Assembly: GCA_023426625.1 (NCBI GenBank)
Contig: JAFAAJ010000037.1
Location: forward strand, 1-39,262
Direction: 5' to 3'
DNA: 39,262 nt
DNA from: Bacteroidota bacterium
Lineage (GTDB): Bacteria > Bacteroidota > Bacteroidia > Flavobacteriales > Weeksellaceae
Shown here: piece after piece, positions 38,952-39,262 of the stretch
How positions within the stretch are numbered: position 1 is the first letter of the stretch
Layout of the letters: each line of letters begins with the position of its first letter
Position numbers and translations under genes: made by a program
The notes under the pieces: model-generated
What the model was told of the DNA's origin: nothing
Database searches by the model: none
Seen by the model: only the letters and a program-made list of their open reading frames with translations

Positions 38952-39262
38952 ATGATGCCACAGGAAAAAGGATATAAAATGGTGAACGGAATCCGGATGT
39001 ACTACGAAATTTACGGTTCCGGAAGGCCTTTGGTGCTGATTCATGGGGGAGGATCATCCATGTTGTTTGATTTTCAAGAAGTGATTCAGCGGCTGGAAGG
39101 TAAATTCCGGCTGATTGGGATCGATCTTCAAAATCATGGAATGACGGAGCATAGAGATATTCCCGAAACCTTCGAACAGGATGCCCATGATGTGGCAGCT
39201 CTTTTAAAAGAAATTAATATTGAAAAAGCTTCTTTCTGGGGTTTCAGTAACAGCGGAAATAC
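38952..39262 (+). CDS. Alpha/beta hydrolase (3'-truncated by window edge)
   Basis: MMPQEKGY...MYYEIYGSGRPLVLIHGGG...IDLQNHG...WGFSNSGN; absent from the ORF track because there is no stop in the window. Confidence 0.9.
   Translation, partial: MMPQEKGYKMVNGIRMYYEIYGSGRPLVLIHGGGSSMLFDFQEVIQRLEGKFRLIGIDLQNHGMTEHRDIPETFEQDAHDVAALLKEINIEKASFWGFSNSGN

Overview
AT-rich Bacteroidota chromosomal segment, most likely Chryseobacterium or a close Weeksellaceae relative (inferred from a subclass A2 beta-lactamase, a T9SS type B substrate, monomeric IDH and TAnnTTTG promoters). The backbone is housekeeping: purL 3' end, dgkA, dnaN, pheT, hbd, bla, pcm, hutU, ECF sigma, S41 peptidase, icd, tpx, DUF763 and a Crp/Fnr-DinB-SRPBCC cluster. 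The main find is an accessory block between purL and dgkA (about 0.94-6.76 kb). It holds an integron-like gene-cassette array with no integrase in the window. Three co-oriented cassettes are separated by long imperfect palindromes running AAC...GTT. In each cassette the 14-15 bp at its start (GTT-N7-AT...) is the reverse complement of the sequence just after its own last stop codon, with the same single A/G mismatch at position 11. A 72-bp direct repeat and a perfect palindrome lie at the head of the array. Other non-coding structure: a 256-bp IS982-like MITE with a 7-bp target duplication, a dispersed CGCAAAG...CTTTGCG palindromic repeat family, a DUF559 nuclease gene bracketed by bipartite inverted repeats, a heptamer tandem array, a decayed glyoxalase pseudogene, and a shared sigma-54-like motif before three small genes. 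All calls come from reading the sequence; no searches were run.
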